From contig NC_042999.1 of assembly GCF_006345805.1 (NCBI RefSeq), positions 124,930,001 to 124,994,000 on the forward strand: a DNA stretch of 64,000 nucleotides. The letters are read 5' to 3'. The position numbers and the translations under genes are program-made. This document shows positions 1-14,278 of the stretch, in pieces. The notes under the pieces are model-generated. The model saw only the letters and a list, made by a program, of their open reading frames with translations. It ran no database searches and had not been told where the DNA came from. The stretch's first letter is position 1. Each line of letters opens with the position of its first letter. Source of the stretch: Octopus sinensis. Taxonomy: Eukaryota.

Positions 1-186
1 CCTTGCTGTGTGCCGTAAACACCCTTTTATATCCTAGTCTCATCAGACTGGACTTTTATTCATCTAGGGTCAATAAAACAAATACCTGCCATATATTGAG
101 GTCAGCTCTATTCATTATACTCTTCCTGTTGAAATCTATGACCTTGTTCTAAGATGAGAATTTTATATTTTCTATTTTGTTTTTAG

Positions 187-348
187 CTTGGCTTTTCAGG
201 TGACATTCTTTCTTTGTGACATTGCAATATATGAAGGATTCAGTAGAGCGTGGCTGTCCTATGTCCATCCGGCCATCTGGGTGATCTTGCTTATATGGCC
301 TATTGTCACTCTAGCATTCAGTGAATTGGTAAAGCATTATGAAATAAA
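187..348 (+). CDS. TMEM94: TMEM94 (KIAA0195-like membrane protein), penultimate coding exon
   Basis: ttttag acceptor and gtgagt donor. Translates LAFQVTFFLCDIAIYEGFSRAWLSYVHPAIWVILLIWPIVTLAFSELVKHYEIK and joins in phase with the next exon. Confidence 0.9.
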
Positions 349-2057
349 GTGAGTATATTTCTGATTCTTAACGATTCTAATATCTTCTTGCTTTAATACC
401 TTATTTTCTGGCATACAAGACGATGTAGCATATTGTGTAAACATGTAGTATAAACATTCAAACATCATCTTTCCAAATCCTGCTGCTTTTCACATAGAAT
501 TTTTGGTCCTCCAAAGTTGACCAACCACTTTTCTATTTTCTCTTTTGTCTGAAAATTTCGACTTGCATGCCAGAAAATACATTAACATAACTGTCTTAAT
601 TTGTCATGAAACATTTTTGCAAGTCAAATACTGATCCTTGGTTAGGACTGTGAGTTGTACTTTTTAGATTCTGTATACCCTTACTTGCTGGAGTTGATTT
701 TATTTTGTTCCTCAGAAGTGATAAAATAAGTACCTGTCATATTTTGAGGTCAATTCAATCACCAAAATATTCCCCCGCAAACTTCTGTGGTCATATTCCA
801 ACATGTATCTTGAAATCTTTTATTTATTTATTTATTATTTAACACAATTTGTAATCTATATTGCAATATATTACTAATACTTAATATTTTTGACCTTCAC
901 AGCTTAAAATCAGGAGGCAGTGAATGAGAAGAAACCTGCAAAATTTAGTTCCTCTCTTTCTCTCTTTATAATCATTGTATGATGATAATTGGTACGTGAC
1001 ATCTAGGAGTAGTATAGATAATTGGATTGACACCAGATCTATAATTTTGTGGAAAGGCACAGTTTGATTAAATCAGTCCCAGTATTTGGCTAGCATTGAT
1101 TTTATTGACTCATGCAAAATCAAAACAAAAGCTAGCCATGAAAGTATTTGTTGTTGTTTAGGCCTTGTCAGCCTTTGCCAAGCAGATCTGATACATCAAA
1201 CGTTGATCATCCCATCATTATTTTTTTATCATCAGAAAAAGTGTAACTTGGACTAAATTATCTGATATGCCCTTTTTTTAGGATAGTAAGGTGTGATTTG
1301 AAAGAGATTTGATTCTATTTCTGACACATTGGGTGATTGCATAGAAGCTCCTTTATAAGTTTGTACTGAGAAAGTAAAAGGGACCCAACTAAGTACAAGT
1401 TTTCTCTGACCCTCTACCAATTCTACCAGTTGCCAAATAATTATTTAAAAAGTTTTTTTATTTTTTTGTTCAGATTAACACAGTCCTAATTATAAATATG
1501 ATGGCATAGTTGATTGGATAGATTCCTCTATCACTGATGCTTTGCTTTTCATTCTTCCCATAAATCAGTACCAATGAGGTTTGAACTTAAAACAAAAAGC
1601 TATCACTATTCTACTGATCTACTAATTCTACTGATCTACAATAAACAATAATAGTTTCTAATTTAGACACAAAGCCAACTATTTTGAGGGACAAGAGATA
1701 AATTAAATTAACTCCAGTATAGTAATGGTAAAGTTGATTTTGGCATGATTTGAATTCAAAATGTAAAAAGCACAAGACATTTTGTCTGATAATCTAATAA
1801 TTCTGCCAATACATTGTCCTGGATTCTTATGTAAGAATAATGATACAATTCTCTCTGTTCACCTTAATTTTAGAATATAAAATTTGGTAATAATTATATT
1901 TTTGAATAACATTGAATCTTTTCTGATGTATATAAACTCAAAATATAGCTCTTTGTAAAGTATTTTTTTTTTAAATTCATGTGAATTGTCTTTAACATTT
2001 ATATTTAACAAATTCTGTATATTGTTGCTAATATGTATATTTTAATATTTATTTTAG

Positions 2058-2130
2058 ACTTAATGTGAGATATCAGAAGCGAGCTCACCTAGCATTTGAA
2101 ACTAAACTTGGAATGAATTCTCCGTTTTGA
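2058..2130 (+). CDS. TMEM94: TMEM94 last coding exon
   Basis: ttttag acceptor. Translates LNVRYQKRAHLAFETKLGMNSPF*, matching the conserved TMEM94 C-terminus (RYQKR...FETKLGMNSPF). Confidence 0.93.
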
Positions 2131-4169
2131 ACTCTTCAAATCAAACATTTGGCATGAAGAAATTTCAAATGGAGACAGTAAAGCTCTAAGTAGCTGGTTC
2201 TTGTCAAGCACTTTGATCTAATCTTGAGATGCTACAAATAACACAAAGTGCTTGCATAGGGTGCTTTTGACCGAGCACTTGATGTAATTTTGTAACACAT
2301 ATACCTGAAGTACCCGTGTAACTGGTTTTTTTCATCAGACAATCTACTCGTGTGGTGTTACAGTGAGAAAAATGTCTGTTGCTGAGTGTAGACTGCATTC
2401 CCCAGTGTACTCTCTCTGTCTCCCACCTATCCCTGGAAATCTGAATTCAAACTGAACAAGATGATCATGTCTTTCTAATTGCCTTCCTTCCCCCCACCCC
2501 CATCCCATCCATCTCTGTTGGGATGAGATGAGATGTATATTCCACCGTGACTCAATAGCAGAGATTACCCAATAAAAACTGACAGTATAACATTTCAAAC
2601 AAAATTAAAAATCACGATTATACAGATTATAACAACTTAAGTCTTGCTGGGCAGGTTTTCTGTCATTGATTTCAAAAAAAAAGTTGATGAGGCGTTTTAA
2701 CATGGGATTTTGTTTCTTCTTTGTTTTTTTTTCTAACCCCCCACCCACCCACCCACCCACCCACCTTTTAATTTTGTTAGTAAAATTTGCTTTCCCTATC
2801 CACCCACCTGGAAAGAATTAAAATTACTCCTATATTTTGATTACTGAGTAAGTTATAAGAGTTGATAGCTCACTCAAGTATTGTTTATAGTAAAACAGTT
2901 TTTTTTTCAACATTTAGTATAAAAAAAAAAACAGCATTGACAGTAAAGAAATTTCGTTTCCTAGTGATAGATTTTCATAATTATAATTTTATAATCCACA
3001 AAAGAATATTGTTTACAATTGGCAATTTGTGTATTCTTTAACCTAATGCCTACACTTCATTTTCTTTCTATTTCATATTTTTAAATTCCACTGACAAAAA
3101 TAAAAAATGAAATATATTGCTTTCAAGCAACTTTTTTCTAACAATATTCTTTCCGATAATTCAACTTCGTTTTCTCAAGGGAAGAATAAATTATGATTTC
3201 CCCTCTCAATAATTGTCTTTTTTTTTTTTCCCCCTAATAAAACTTATAATTGATATTTTTTAACACATTTGCAATATTCTTTGTAAAATATTAAAATCCA
3301 ATACTTCAACGTAGATACCACTTTGTCATAAAGTATTTTATATACAAAATTGAGGAGTTATCTATAAAATACATTGTAAAATAATAAATATAATAATAAT
3401 AATACAAGGCTTATTTTTCAATTTCTTCAGAACTTTAAATTTTAGAGTTGATTAGTCAATATTTTTTTTCTTTCTTGTATTCAAATTTCAAAATTCTTCT
3501 CCAATTTCATAATTCCCTTTTCATCCCTCAGACTTCTAATTTATAAAATGCAGTTCTCTATTTACACTTTGGTTTCCAGTAAACATAGAACATTTAATGA
3601 AATGTTGTTTACAGAGCATGTCTAATTAATTTGAAAATGAAATTCCTCTCCAACTTTGGGTAGCAAGACTTGGGTTCTATTCAGAAGTGATTTTTTATGT
3701 ACAAAAATTGATCAAAATGATTCTAAACTGTAAATAACTTACTTGGAAAAAAAAATCATGTGGTAAAGCAGATTTACTCAACTTTTGTTCTTGTTTTGTT
3801 GTCTTTTATTTTCATTTTATTTAAACTTTGTTTAATTCATTTAGTCCTGTTTTCAGAACATTTTCATCAAAATCTGTTCAATATTGTTGTATACCAAGCA
3901 TGAACAACCTTTTATGAACAGTGGTCCACATCAGGTATGGCTCATCATAAAGTGGGTCACACTTCTAAAAAATTCATAATTTTTCATGGAAGTTATCTCA
4001 ACCATTTTCGCCAAAGAATACCCTCTACAAGGATCTGCATTGCCCCCATCTCATAGTTCAATCCCTCGTCCACAAGGTCTTGTAGTTCTGCAAGCTCAGT
4101 AGTGCTAGCAGCACAAAAAAACACCCAGTCCTTGTTGGAAAGTGGCGTTATCTTTTTTCTAGAATGTAA

Positions 4170-4647
4170 GATTAATGTGACCTTCCCTTCTTGGGACACA
4201 AAACTCTACTTGTGAAGACCTGTTGAGGCAAGTGAGGATCAGAATCGAAATCGATCAATGGAAATTGCAGATGTGTTACCAGTGCCGGTGGCATGTAAGA
4301 GAACCTTCCGTTTCGTGACTGTTGCCAGCGCCGCCCCGACTGGCCTTGTGCCGGTGGCACGTAAAAAGCACCATCCGTTCGTGTCCGTTGCCAGCCTCGC
4401 CTGGCACATAAAAAAGAACCATCCATTCGTGGCCGTTTGCCAGCTCTGTCTGGCACCTGTGCGGGTGGCACGTAAAAAGCACCCACTACACTCACGGAGT
4501 GGTTGGCGTTAGGAAGGGCATCCAGCCGTAGAAACACTGCCAGATTTGACTGGGCCTGATGAAGCCTTCTGGCTTCACAGACCCCAGTAGAACCGTCCAA
4601 CCCATGCTAGCATGGAAAACGGACGCTAAACGATGATGATGATGATG
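4170..4647 (+). mobile_element. RTE-type LINE 3' UTR fragment
   Basis: Repeated GTGGCAYRTAAAAAGCACC motifs, CCATGCTAGCATGG palindrome and (GAT)n tail. Same family as 21883-23035, which is joined to RTE-like coding sequence. Confidence 0.75.
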
Positions 4648-6030
4648 AATACATGCTACAGCTGTGACATGGAATAATTAAGAGAACACTTAAATCTGTG
4701 TATTACATATCTATCAAAACTGTTTTTCATTCAAAAGGTGCACATTTAAGTCTAGCCATCAAATAATTTGATTGGTTATTTTTAAGTTGAAAGATAATGT
4801 TAACAGCCTTTGGTTTATACTGTAGAAAACCAGAAACCTGGTATTTCTCTGAAGAAAGCATCTTATATGGATGTATTCAAGTCTGGGGCTTTAGTAGAAG
4901 ACCCTTGTCCAAGATGCCACACAATGGGATTGAACCCAAAACCAAGTGGTTGGGAAATTAACTCAACACACAGCCATCCTTGTACCCAGCAAAGTTATTT
5001 ATTCAGTGGAACTTGAATTCCACCTGTAACTCAATAATAGCAAGGTTGTTAAGTGCTATTAGTCCTCGACGAAGTTTAGTGCAAGTCGGTCCAAAGTTGT
5101 CTCCCTTGTAATTCTGACTAGAATTTAATTTTTTCTTCTTCCTTCCTACTACATATGTAATAATTTCTTAGCTCATTATATGGCTAGCATAGTTTTATTG
5201 TATATAGTATTCTATCATTTCTTTCACTATTTTTTTCTGATAATTTCTACTGGTAGTACAAAACCACATTTAGGTAGAAGAAACAGTTTTATTACCTATA
5301 TTTGTCCAAATCAGTAATGGCAAAGCTAGGACATGCATATTAATAATGATGAACCACATAAGTTTTTAGTGGCAAGCAGTGGACTTTAAAAAAATCTCTG
5401 CATAAAAAAAGTTTGTCTATAATTCTTCACCAAAAACAAAATACCTGTATACAATATAGTCATGGGTCTGACCATGAAGTTAAGTTCACTAAGGAACCAC
5501 ATGATTTATATTTATTTCCCAGTGGGCAGGTGTTGTCTTCTGCCAGGTCTTTGATCTGACCAAAACTTTGGGGAGAATTTGGTCAATAGATAATATAGAT
5601 ATGTGATAGCAAATCTGTACATGTGTTACAGATATGTTATATATCTATAACACGTTTTTCTCATTTTGTTTGCCCACAGCATAAAATAAGGATGCCGTCT
5701 GTACATTGAGGTTATTTATAATCTGCTGCAAGAAAATGACTGGCTATTGGGTTGTTCATAGTTTGAAGAACTAGGGGAATATTGTTATACTTAGAAACAC
5801 ATGATGGTTGGCAACAAGTACATCTGACCATAGGAAACCTACCATAATAAATTTCATCTAATCCATACCAATGTAGAAAACTGGGTATTAAAATAATGAT
5901 ATGTGACAGACACTCCAATAACAGGGTTATTAATTTCAATATTCCAAGCTAAAATGGTTTATCACTGATCAAGATTCATTAGAGAAAAATGCTACAAACT
6001 AATGAAACTCAATAAACAGAACAGCAAAAA

Positions 6031-6036
6031 TTTATT
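6031..6036 (-). terminator. Candidate MIPEP polyadenylation signal
   Basis: AATAAA on the - strand about 100 nt after the MIPEP stop. A second one lies at 6057-6062. Confidence 0.4.
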
Positions 6037-6135
6037 AGTGGAAAAGATTTTGTATTTTATTTTGGTTTAAGACATAAAAAATATATATATATATATATAA
6101 CATCTATTGATATCTAAGAAAGGCCAAGTCCTTCC

Positions 6136-6212
6136 TTACACTTCTTCTTGTTCCAGTTCATTAATCAGTGAACTTACTAATTTGTCCATGGTGGGTTGCT
6201 CTCCTAATAAAC
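6136..6212 (-). CDS. MIPEP: MIPEP coding exon 19 (last)
   Basis: ttttcag acceptor; (G)LLGEQPTMDKLVSSLINELEQEEV*. Confidence 0.88.
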
Positions 6213-6680
6213 CTGAAAAACATTACAGGAAAACATCAGCTACGAACTAACTAGGATAATTCTTCATTATGAAAAAAAGAGAGAAAAGGTCATTTCTGAA
6301 AGGAGATGAAGTTAGAAACCAACTAGAAAAGGAACGTCCCTTTTAAACTATTTATATTATTCTACTCTGTAACATGTTTGGCTGTGGGTAATAATAGGAT
6401 TAAATAAATTTTGGATTCAGCAATAAGAGAAAAGATTGTTAATCTGAGAAATTCCAGTTCTATAAATTTCATGACTTCAATATAAGTTTTCATTTTATAA
6501 TCACTATTTCATGTAATGATATCAGACAAACTAGAAAGAAAGATCTCAGATAATAAAAGCTAAAAATGTACCTCGAATATATCAGGTTGTTTATTATATA
6601 TCAAGCAGCAGCAATCAGCTGTTGCACTTCATGGACTAAAGTGTTATTAAAGCAAAGCCTTTTTTTAATCACAGCAGTAC

Positions 6681-6902
6681 TTAACCATTTCATGTTTAAA
6701 CCAGCCATATCCAGCCAAAAATATTGTTTTATCTTCAGACTGGTCAGATATGGTCTTTCATAGCTACCTCACAATGTCATTTTAAAAATAAACACTCGCA
6801 TCATTGAAATCTCAAAGCCATGAAATAATGCATGGTTAATTTTAAATGGGTGAATACATAAGCTTTACATTTGGCAGAATAATCTGAATGCTAAGGGATT
6901 AA
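6681..6902. mobile_element. piggyBac-like MITE
   Basis: TTAA-flanked ~220 bp element with decayed CCCTTTAGCATT termini. Related copies at ~9216-9725, ~20157-20756, ~36195-36310 and ~51277-51506. Confidence 0.55.
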
Positions 6903-6983
6903 AGGATGACAACACTGTAAATACACAAATTCTAACAAAATGTAATTAAATTGTGCCTAAATTGCCAAATTCAGAAAATTTAC

Positions 6984-7057
6984 CTTCAATGAGTTCTTGT
7001 GGTGGCCTTCCCCCACCATGAGACAACAATTCCCGTCGGTAACGCTCACCCATGGTT
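6984..7057 (-). CDS. MIPEP: MIPEP coding exon 18
   Basis: AG/GT boundaries; TMGERYRRELLSHGGGRPPQELIE, matching the MIPEP GERYRRE.L.HGGG motif. Confidence 0.93.
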
Positions 7058-7541
7058 CTAAAGATGAAATTTAAAAAATGGAATAACTATTTAACGATGC
7101 CAATCTACATGACAATTTCTTTTTATAATTCTAGCCTAAAGACAAATAAATGCAAGAACATAAGATATTATCCTGAAGTATAATAATGAAATAAAATCTT
7201 AAATCATCCAGTGTTGAAATTATCATTAAAATAAATGTTTCAATACAGTATTTTCTACAAAGAATGTAGAAAGAAAAATAATATAGGAGTCAAACTATAA
7301 AGAAACATTTTCAAGTAATGTAAAGAGTCTAAGAAAACTTTTTGAGAAGTAATATTAAAATGTGAAAACAACAATTTTCTCAGAACACTATAATCCTTAC
7401 AGCCTTTCATTACAATCATTATGCAAGGTGCGATGTTTAAAGGGTCTTAAAAACAGTTCTGTCAGATTCAAGATGCATCTGCATGAGTTTAACAGAGAAG
7501 AATTATGAGTCCCCTAGTTTGAAAAGAGTTTTAAGACTTAC

Positions 7542-7663
7542 TGGCTAAAAGGATCTTCTTTAAAACATTTCTCCCAAATTCGCGAAGCAACAGCACGAGA
7601 TAACAAATAAGAATAATAACGAGCCCCATAACCAACTAAATGGACAAAACGCAACTGCCAAGC
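7542..7663 (-). CDS. MIPEP: MIPEP coding exon 17
   Basis: [40 protein letters not shown], the M3 peptidase HL.GYGA.YYSYL motif. Confidence 0.95.
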
Positions 7664-9351
7664 CTGAAATAAAAGAAAAATCAAATATAAAACATTCTAA
7701 AGATCAAAGTTGAAATAAATACACTCATTAGTCCAACCCATACCAGCATGGAAAATGTATGTTAAAGGATGATGGCAATGATGATGATTACCAATAAGAG
7801 GAATTCTTAATGAGATGCTTCCTGAATGAAAGTATTTCAGAACAGATAAAATAGTTATGTGAATTATTCTTTGTTCATCTTCAAAATAACTTGCTTCTAT
7901 TATGTACATAATGCAATTGTCATAGACCAGTGGTAAGCTACCAGCAAGTAGAGTTTGTACTTCAAGTATAATCTTTATTTGGGCTTTTCCACTTTCTCTT
8001 CACACCTGTGATTTCCTGTTATAATTGCAGCTTCAAGAAAAATGGTTACTGCCAAGCCAACTTACTCTTGACATACTGTATGAAGATGAGGTTTTTAAGT
8101 GATCATTCAACAACTTATTAAAGAGTTAATGGAGAAGCAGCAGTTCTTCATCATTACGAATGCGTGTAAGGCCCTAATACCAAACTGTCCAGCCAACAAC
8201 ACTGTCAACCACATGACCCCACAAGAAACAGTGGCCAGCATAGATGTTATCTCTTATGCTACATCTACCATGTGCCCTCATAAAACTAGACTAGTCAAGC
8301 TCAACATTATGTGTTCATTTATAGTCTACCTTCACTTATAAGGGAAGTAAATAACTTGAGATTTTTTTCTATTTTGCTGACTTATTTCCATTTAGCCTTG
8401 ATACCAAGATAAATCTATTCATACTGCACTCTTCTTAAAACTGACTGTAAGTATTTCTAATTTGCAATTAGTTAATTTGTATATGTCTCAGTCAAGTTGA
8501 AATTTAAATTTACCAACACCTTTCACTGAATCTAACCCATATTACAGACAATGGGCAATAAACAAATACTCTGTAAATATTAGAAGTCACAGTTTAAAAA
8601 TTATAATGCTGCAACAGAGGAATTTCATTACCTTTATGTCTCAACCTTAGTTGTTTGCAGTAAAAAAGTTTTGTTTCCCATACAGAGACGTAAGTTGCTA
8701 AATACAGTACTATAACTTTCCCTTAGAAAACTTGAACTGAAGTAATATGTTGTTGACAAACAGCAGCTAAATTCAGTCAAGGCACACTTATCACATTTTC
8801 TCATCTGAAAGCCTTTTATAGGCCAGCAATTAAGTTAATAAGTATATGACATGCCCTCACAGCTCTAAAGATTCAGGGTTACATGACTATAAGACAAAAT
8901 ACTGCAACTTGGTACAGATTTAAATTAAAACAAATGATCATTTTCAATATTTCTCTTTCAGTCCTACACTCATGTGTATAGAGCTCTTTTCTTCTCATTT
9001 AGCTGCCTTCTAAATAAATATATATTCCTCGAGTTCATTACAGATTAAACAAAGAATTCCTGTAGGTTGTTGCTAAGATGGCAGGTTTACAATGACTAGA
9101 CCAAGGAGAACAGCAGTGTAGTGGCGACTTATGTAAATATTCAGTCTATACGCTCACTGAATTATTACATATCAGTTTAAACATTCACACAAAATGGAAT
9201 TTACTCTTAATACATTTAACTTTTTAATATTCAAACCGTCCATATCAGGCCCAAATATTCTACCTGTTTTATGTTCACACTGACCAGATCAGGCCTCTCA
9301 CGCCTACCTTACAATGTCATTCTAAAAATATACAATCACATCAACATCCTG

Positions 9352-9628
9352 ACTTTAGGAAACATTTTTTCAGGCTGAGAGTTGCTGAAGTATGGAACAA
9401 ACTGCCAGCATCAGTTGTTAGTTGTCGGAGCACTACATCCTTCAAAACTTCCATGCTTTCTGAGATTCGCCAACACTACACCTGATTTTCTCCCCTCCAT
9501 ACACACACAAGCATGTATCTGACTCATGTATTGTTCGCTTTCCAGACATTTGTACATTACTGCATATACTCTGACAAGTTGTGGTGCACCTGAGCACTGT
9601 ATACAATAATTTCATTATTATTATTATT
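9352..9628 (+). mobile_element. CR1/L2-type LINE 3' fragment nested in a piggyBac-like MITE
   Basis: FRKHFF.LRVAE.WNKLPASVV-type ORF end and (ATT)n tail. Same family as 35215-35745. Confidence 0.7.
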
Positions 9629-10144
9629 TTAATCTGAAAGCTACAAGATAATGAATGATTAATTCAAAATAATGTGAATAAATAAGTATTACATTTGACA
9701 GTAATTTGAAGGCTAAAGGGTTTAAACTGTAATCCAGTCATGGCTGTGTGATTGAGAAGCTTACTTCCCAACCATGTGGTCTTGGGTTCAGTCCCATTGC
9801 ATGGCAACTTGGCAAGTGTCTTCTACTATTGTCTTGAGCCAACCAAAGCCTTGTGAGTGGACTTGGTAGACAGAAATTGAAAGAAGCCCATGTGTGTGTA
9901 CCCCTGTCAAGAACACCATCATACAAGCAAATTTGTTCATTTCCAGTCTTTTGCAAAAACCATCTCTCCCAGTGGGAAAATATAACCTTGCTTGGAAATA
10001 GGTAAGGGTCAGCAGCAGGAAGGGCATCCAGCTGTAGAAAATCTGCCTCAACAAATTCTGTCTGACCCATGCTAACATAGAAAAGTGGACATCAAATGAC
10101 AATGATTTTCTTAAAAACTAAAAATAAATTACATATTTACTCAC

Positions 10145-10279
10145 AGTTCCTGGAACATGAGCAATTCCATAATATTTATTCTGAAGAGCCCCCAAAATCT
10201 CAATTGTTGATGTTTCTGCTGGCAGTTTCCCATGGTATACTTGGTCAAGGATTGAGTAGAATACTTGCAGTTGAAGATC
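10145..10279 (-). CDS. MIPEP: MIPEP coding exon 16
   Basis: DLQLQVFYSILDQVYHGKLPAETSTIEILGALQNKYYGIAHVPGT; tag/gtgagt. Confidence 0.93.
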
Positions 10280-10361
10280 CTACAAAAGAAAAACTTTAAA
10301 AATTATTGTTGTACAACAACAAAGATATAATTGTTTGGCTTATATAATTTCAGTTTTATTA

Positions 10362-10392
<31 letters not shown>

Positions 10393-10440
10393 TATTATTG
10401 CAACAATATTTTTATTTGTATCTTTCAAAATAAGACTTAC

Positions 10441-10539
10441 AGAAGCTGCAAACAACTTTTTAGCAGCACAAAGATTGTGAATAATTTCCATTTTCAGTGG
10501 TTCACCTGTCTTGTAATGTCTGGCAAATGTTGATAAAAC
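10441..10539 (-). CDS. MIPEP: MIPEP coding exon 15
   Basis: VLSTFARHYKTGEPLKMEIIHNLCAAKKLFAAS; tag/gtaagt. Confidence 0.93.
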
Positions 10540-12314
10540 CTAAAAGTAATTGAAAAATACAATAATAATTTCTTAACAAAAAGCACTAATAACCCACAAC
10601 AGATACAACTAAAACAACTATATTTACTGGCTCCAGTCAAGACAGATCTTCATCATCATACTTTTACATCTGCTTATCAATGCTGGCATGGGTTAGAAGG
10701 GGCATCTCAGACCAGATCAGTTCTTATTTTGAGTTACTGTCCTGCTAAATGGGTCAAGAACCATGTCTTGTTCATATGTTCCATTTTGACATGTTTTCTA
10801 AGGTTAAATACCCTTCCTTTCACCTCAGAGTTCATTGTGTGCATAATACTGTGACAGCAGCATTACAGAGATTGCCATGTTCTCACAGAGGAGTACTCTC
10901 TAACTTATGTTGCCACAAACAATTTTATTGAGTGGCTGTGTGGTTAAGAAGCTTGCTTCCCAACCATGTGATTTGGGGTTCAGTCCCAGTGTGGCATCTT
11001 AAGCTGACTAAAGAAGTGATTGAAAACTGAAAGAAGCCATCATTATTTAACGTCCGCCTTCCATGCTGACATGGGTTGGATGGTTTGACATGGAGCTGAC
11101 TAGCAGGGAGTTTTCCAGACTACAACTGTCTGTTGTGGCATGGTTTCTACTGCTGGATGCCCTTCCTAATGCCAACCACTTAACAGGGTGTGCCAGTTGT
11201 ATATAAACGTGTGTGTGTAATTTTATATTCAGGTATACACCTTGTAGTATGCTGTTTAAAGCCTATTCCCAGTATTCGGCTACCCGAAGTTATCAACAGT
11301 ATGAAGGTATATATAACTAGATTTACTTCAGGAATTCCTTCATGTCTGTAAAGTCTATAAAACATGGGAGAAAGAAAATGGAATTCATGAGGCTTTATGA
11401 TACACTATGATTGTTTTTACACCACAAGTGTTTGAGCAGCATCATACCTACAGGGCACTGATGCATGATGGGTCAAAATAATTGTAGTGAATAATAAAGA
11501 GTCTCATGAATGCCATTTCCTTTCTCTCATATTTTGTGTGTGTGCACACATGTACTCTTGTCTAGACATCACATGATGGTTATAAATTAGCATCGTGGTC
11601 ATAGAAGTGAGGTTGTTTGTCAAGTTTTTCATGAAAAACATATCTAGCTATGGCAAAATAATATCTTGTTTCAAAACAGTTGAGTGTTGGCCACAGGAAG
11701 GGCATCCAGCCATAGAAAATCCACTCAGCAAATTCCATCTGCAACCATGAAAAATCCTCATCGTTTAACGTCCACTCTCCATACTGGCATGGGTTGGATG
11801 GTTTAACATGAAGCTGGCTAGCAGGGAGCTATCCAGACTCCAGCTGTCTGTTATGACATGATTTCTATGGCTGGATACCTGGGTGCTTTCTACATGCCAC
11901 CAGTACGGATGAATTTATGCAGCACCAGCATGGGTGCTTAAGTGGCACCGGCACCTGAAAGGACAAGTCTGTATGTGTGGAAGACAGCGATTTTACTTTT
12001 AGCTGGAAAAGTGGATGTTAAATGCTGATGAGGATGGTGACACCAGAATTAGAGACAGTGTCTTACTCCCAGAGTAAGATAAGCTCTCTAATATAACCAT
12101 CATCATCATCATCATCATCGTTTAACGTCCGTTTTCCATGCTAGCATGGGTTGGACGGTTCAACTGGGAACTAGTCACAATACTTCTATGTAAAGAAATG
12201 CATGCAAATTTCCAAAATTCACATCTCCATCAAACCCATACCACTATGAAAGAACATACAGTAAAATAATAATAAAAATATGGGGAAAAAAAAGCAGGAG
12301 AAAGAGGAACTTAC

Positions 12315-12385
12315 CCTGGGATCAGATGCGAAATATTCCATAAGTACTGATGGAACTTCAGCAAAATCCGTGGAACATCGTGTTC
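12315..12385 (-). CDS. MIPEP: MIPEP coding exon 14
   Basis: (G)[23 protein letters not shown], containing the third zinc-ligand Glu motif DFAEVPS. Confidence 0.96.
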
Positions 12386-13459
12386 CTAGAAAGGAAAACA
12401 AGGATAATAGGTAATAAGAATCTCAATCCCAATTACAATAATTCAGTTAATTAAAACAGTTGACATATCCCACTCAAAACAAAACTTACATATTCTGTCA
12501 GAAAGGAAAAGAAAAGCTTTCTGTTATTACCCTATGAAACTAGCTTGTATTCCCTTATGTTTCTTTTGCCAAACATCCAAAAGATGCATACTAATTATAT
12601 GCCCTCCCCCAACTTTCACACCCTTTGAAATATCAATAAGCTTGTTTATTTCCTAATCTTCCTAATACACACATATATACGCACACATGGATGCATCACC
12701 ATCATTGGCATTTACCATCTCTTTTCCATGTTGGATGGTTTAAGAGGATCCAACAAGCCACAGGGCTATGCTGAGCTCCTATGTCAGCATTGGCATGGTT
12801 TCTATGGTTGGATGCCCTGCCTAATGCCAACCACTTTACAGAGTGTACTCGATACTTTTTTCATGTCACCAATACTAGTAAGGTTACTAAGTAACTTACA
12901 AGTTAGAAAAAAAACAGGAATAAAAAGAAGGGAAAAAACTCTTGCTATTTAGTGGAGAGAGTATTTGTATAGGGTAGGTGGTTTTATACCAGGTGCTGAC
13001 ACATACATATATATGCACACACACACACACACACATTATTTGATTCAGTCAAACAAAACGAGATCTTACAGTAAACCCTGGACTTCATCAGACACTATAT
13101 TTTGTTTTTGAATTTTTAGCCTTTCCAAGCAAAGCAATATTTTCACGTGACCAGACATGTTTTGGAAATTGGAAATGAGTGGCACCACTTGTATTATGGT
13201 ACTGCTAATATCGAACAATGTCATGATAGGGAAGCACAAAACACACACACACACAATGACAGGCTTCTTTCAGTTTCCATCTACCAAATCCACTCACAAG
13301 TTTTGGTCAGCCAAGGGTTATAGTAGATGACACTTATCCAAGGTGCCACACAGAAGGACTGAATCCCATACCACATAGTTAGAAAGCAAGCTTCTCAACC
13401 ACACAGCTATTCCTGTACCTATATACCAGTTTAATTTGTCTACCATTATTATTGTTATT

Positions 13460-14035
13460 AAAGTGGTAAGCTAGCAGAATTGTTAGCAGGTGTAGGAGTG
13501 GCTGTGTGGTAAGCAGCTTGCTTACGAACCACATGGTTCAGGGTTTAGTCCCACTGCGCGACACCTTGGGCAAGTGTCTTCCTTGTGAGTGGATTTGGTA
13601 GACAGAAACTGAAAGAAGCCCGTCGTATATATGTATATATATGTGTTTGTGTGTCTGTGTTTGTGCCCCCCCAACATCGCTTGACAACCGATGCTGGTGT
13701 GTTTACGTCCCCGTAACTTCGGCTAAGAGACCGATAGAATAAGTACTAGGCTTACAAAGAATAAGTCCTAAAGGCGGTGCTCCAGCATGGCCACAGTCAA
13801 ATGACAAACAAATAAATAAAAGAGTAAAACAAATAAAAGAGTAAAAGAGTATGCCGGGCGAAATGCTTAGTGGTATTTCATCTGCTGCTACATTCTTAGT
13901 TCAAATTCCACTGAGGTCAACTTTGTTTTTCATCCTTTCAGGGTCAATAAATTGCCAGTGAAACACTGGTGTTGATATAACTGACTATCCCCGACTCCCA
14001 AATTTCAGGCCTTGTGCCTATAGTAGAAAAGATTA
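13460..14035 (+). mobile_element. Nin/Deu-domain SINE interrupted by a tRNA-derived SINE (13489-13850)
   Basis: The outer SINE head (...gaattgttagca) resumes at atgccgggcgaaatgc after a complete inner SINE. Confidence 0.7.
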
Positions 14036-14073
14036 TCATTACTATTGCTTTATTAAGTCTCAAAAGAACTTAC

Positions 14074-14278
14074 CAGTGACATGTTGGTATTTTGTACGGC
14101 CAAGCATTGAATGCATAGCATGACCAAATTCATGGAATAAATTCTCCATCATACCAGGACTCAAAAGAGATGGAACACTCGTTTGAGGTGGAGGGAAATT
14201 CAACTGTAGAACAACTATCGGCAGCTGGTATATCCCATCTTCTTTTAAACGACCACCTTGGATAGTGAAGTGGCAATC
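14074..14278 (-). CDS. MIPEP: MIPEP coding exon 13 (catalytic HEXXH)
   Basis: [68 protein letters not shown]. Confidence 0.97.
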
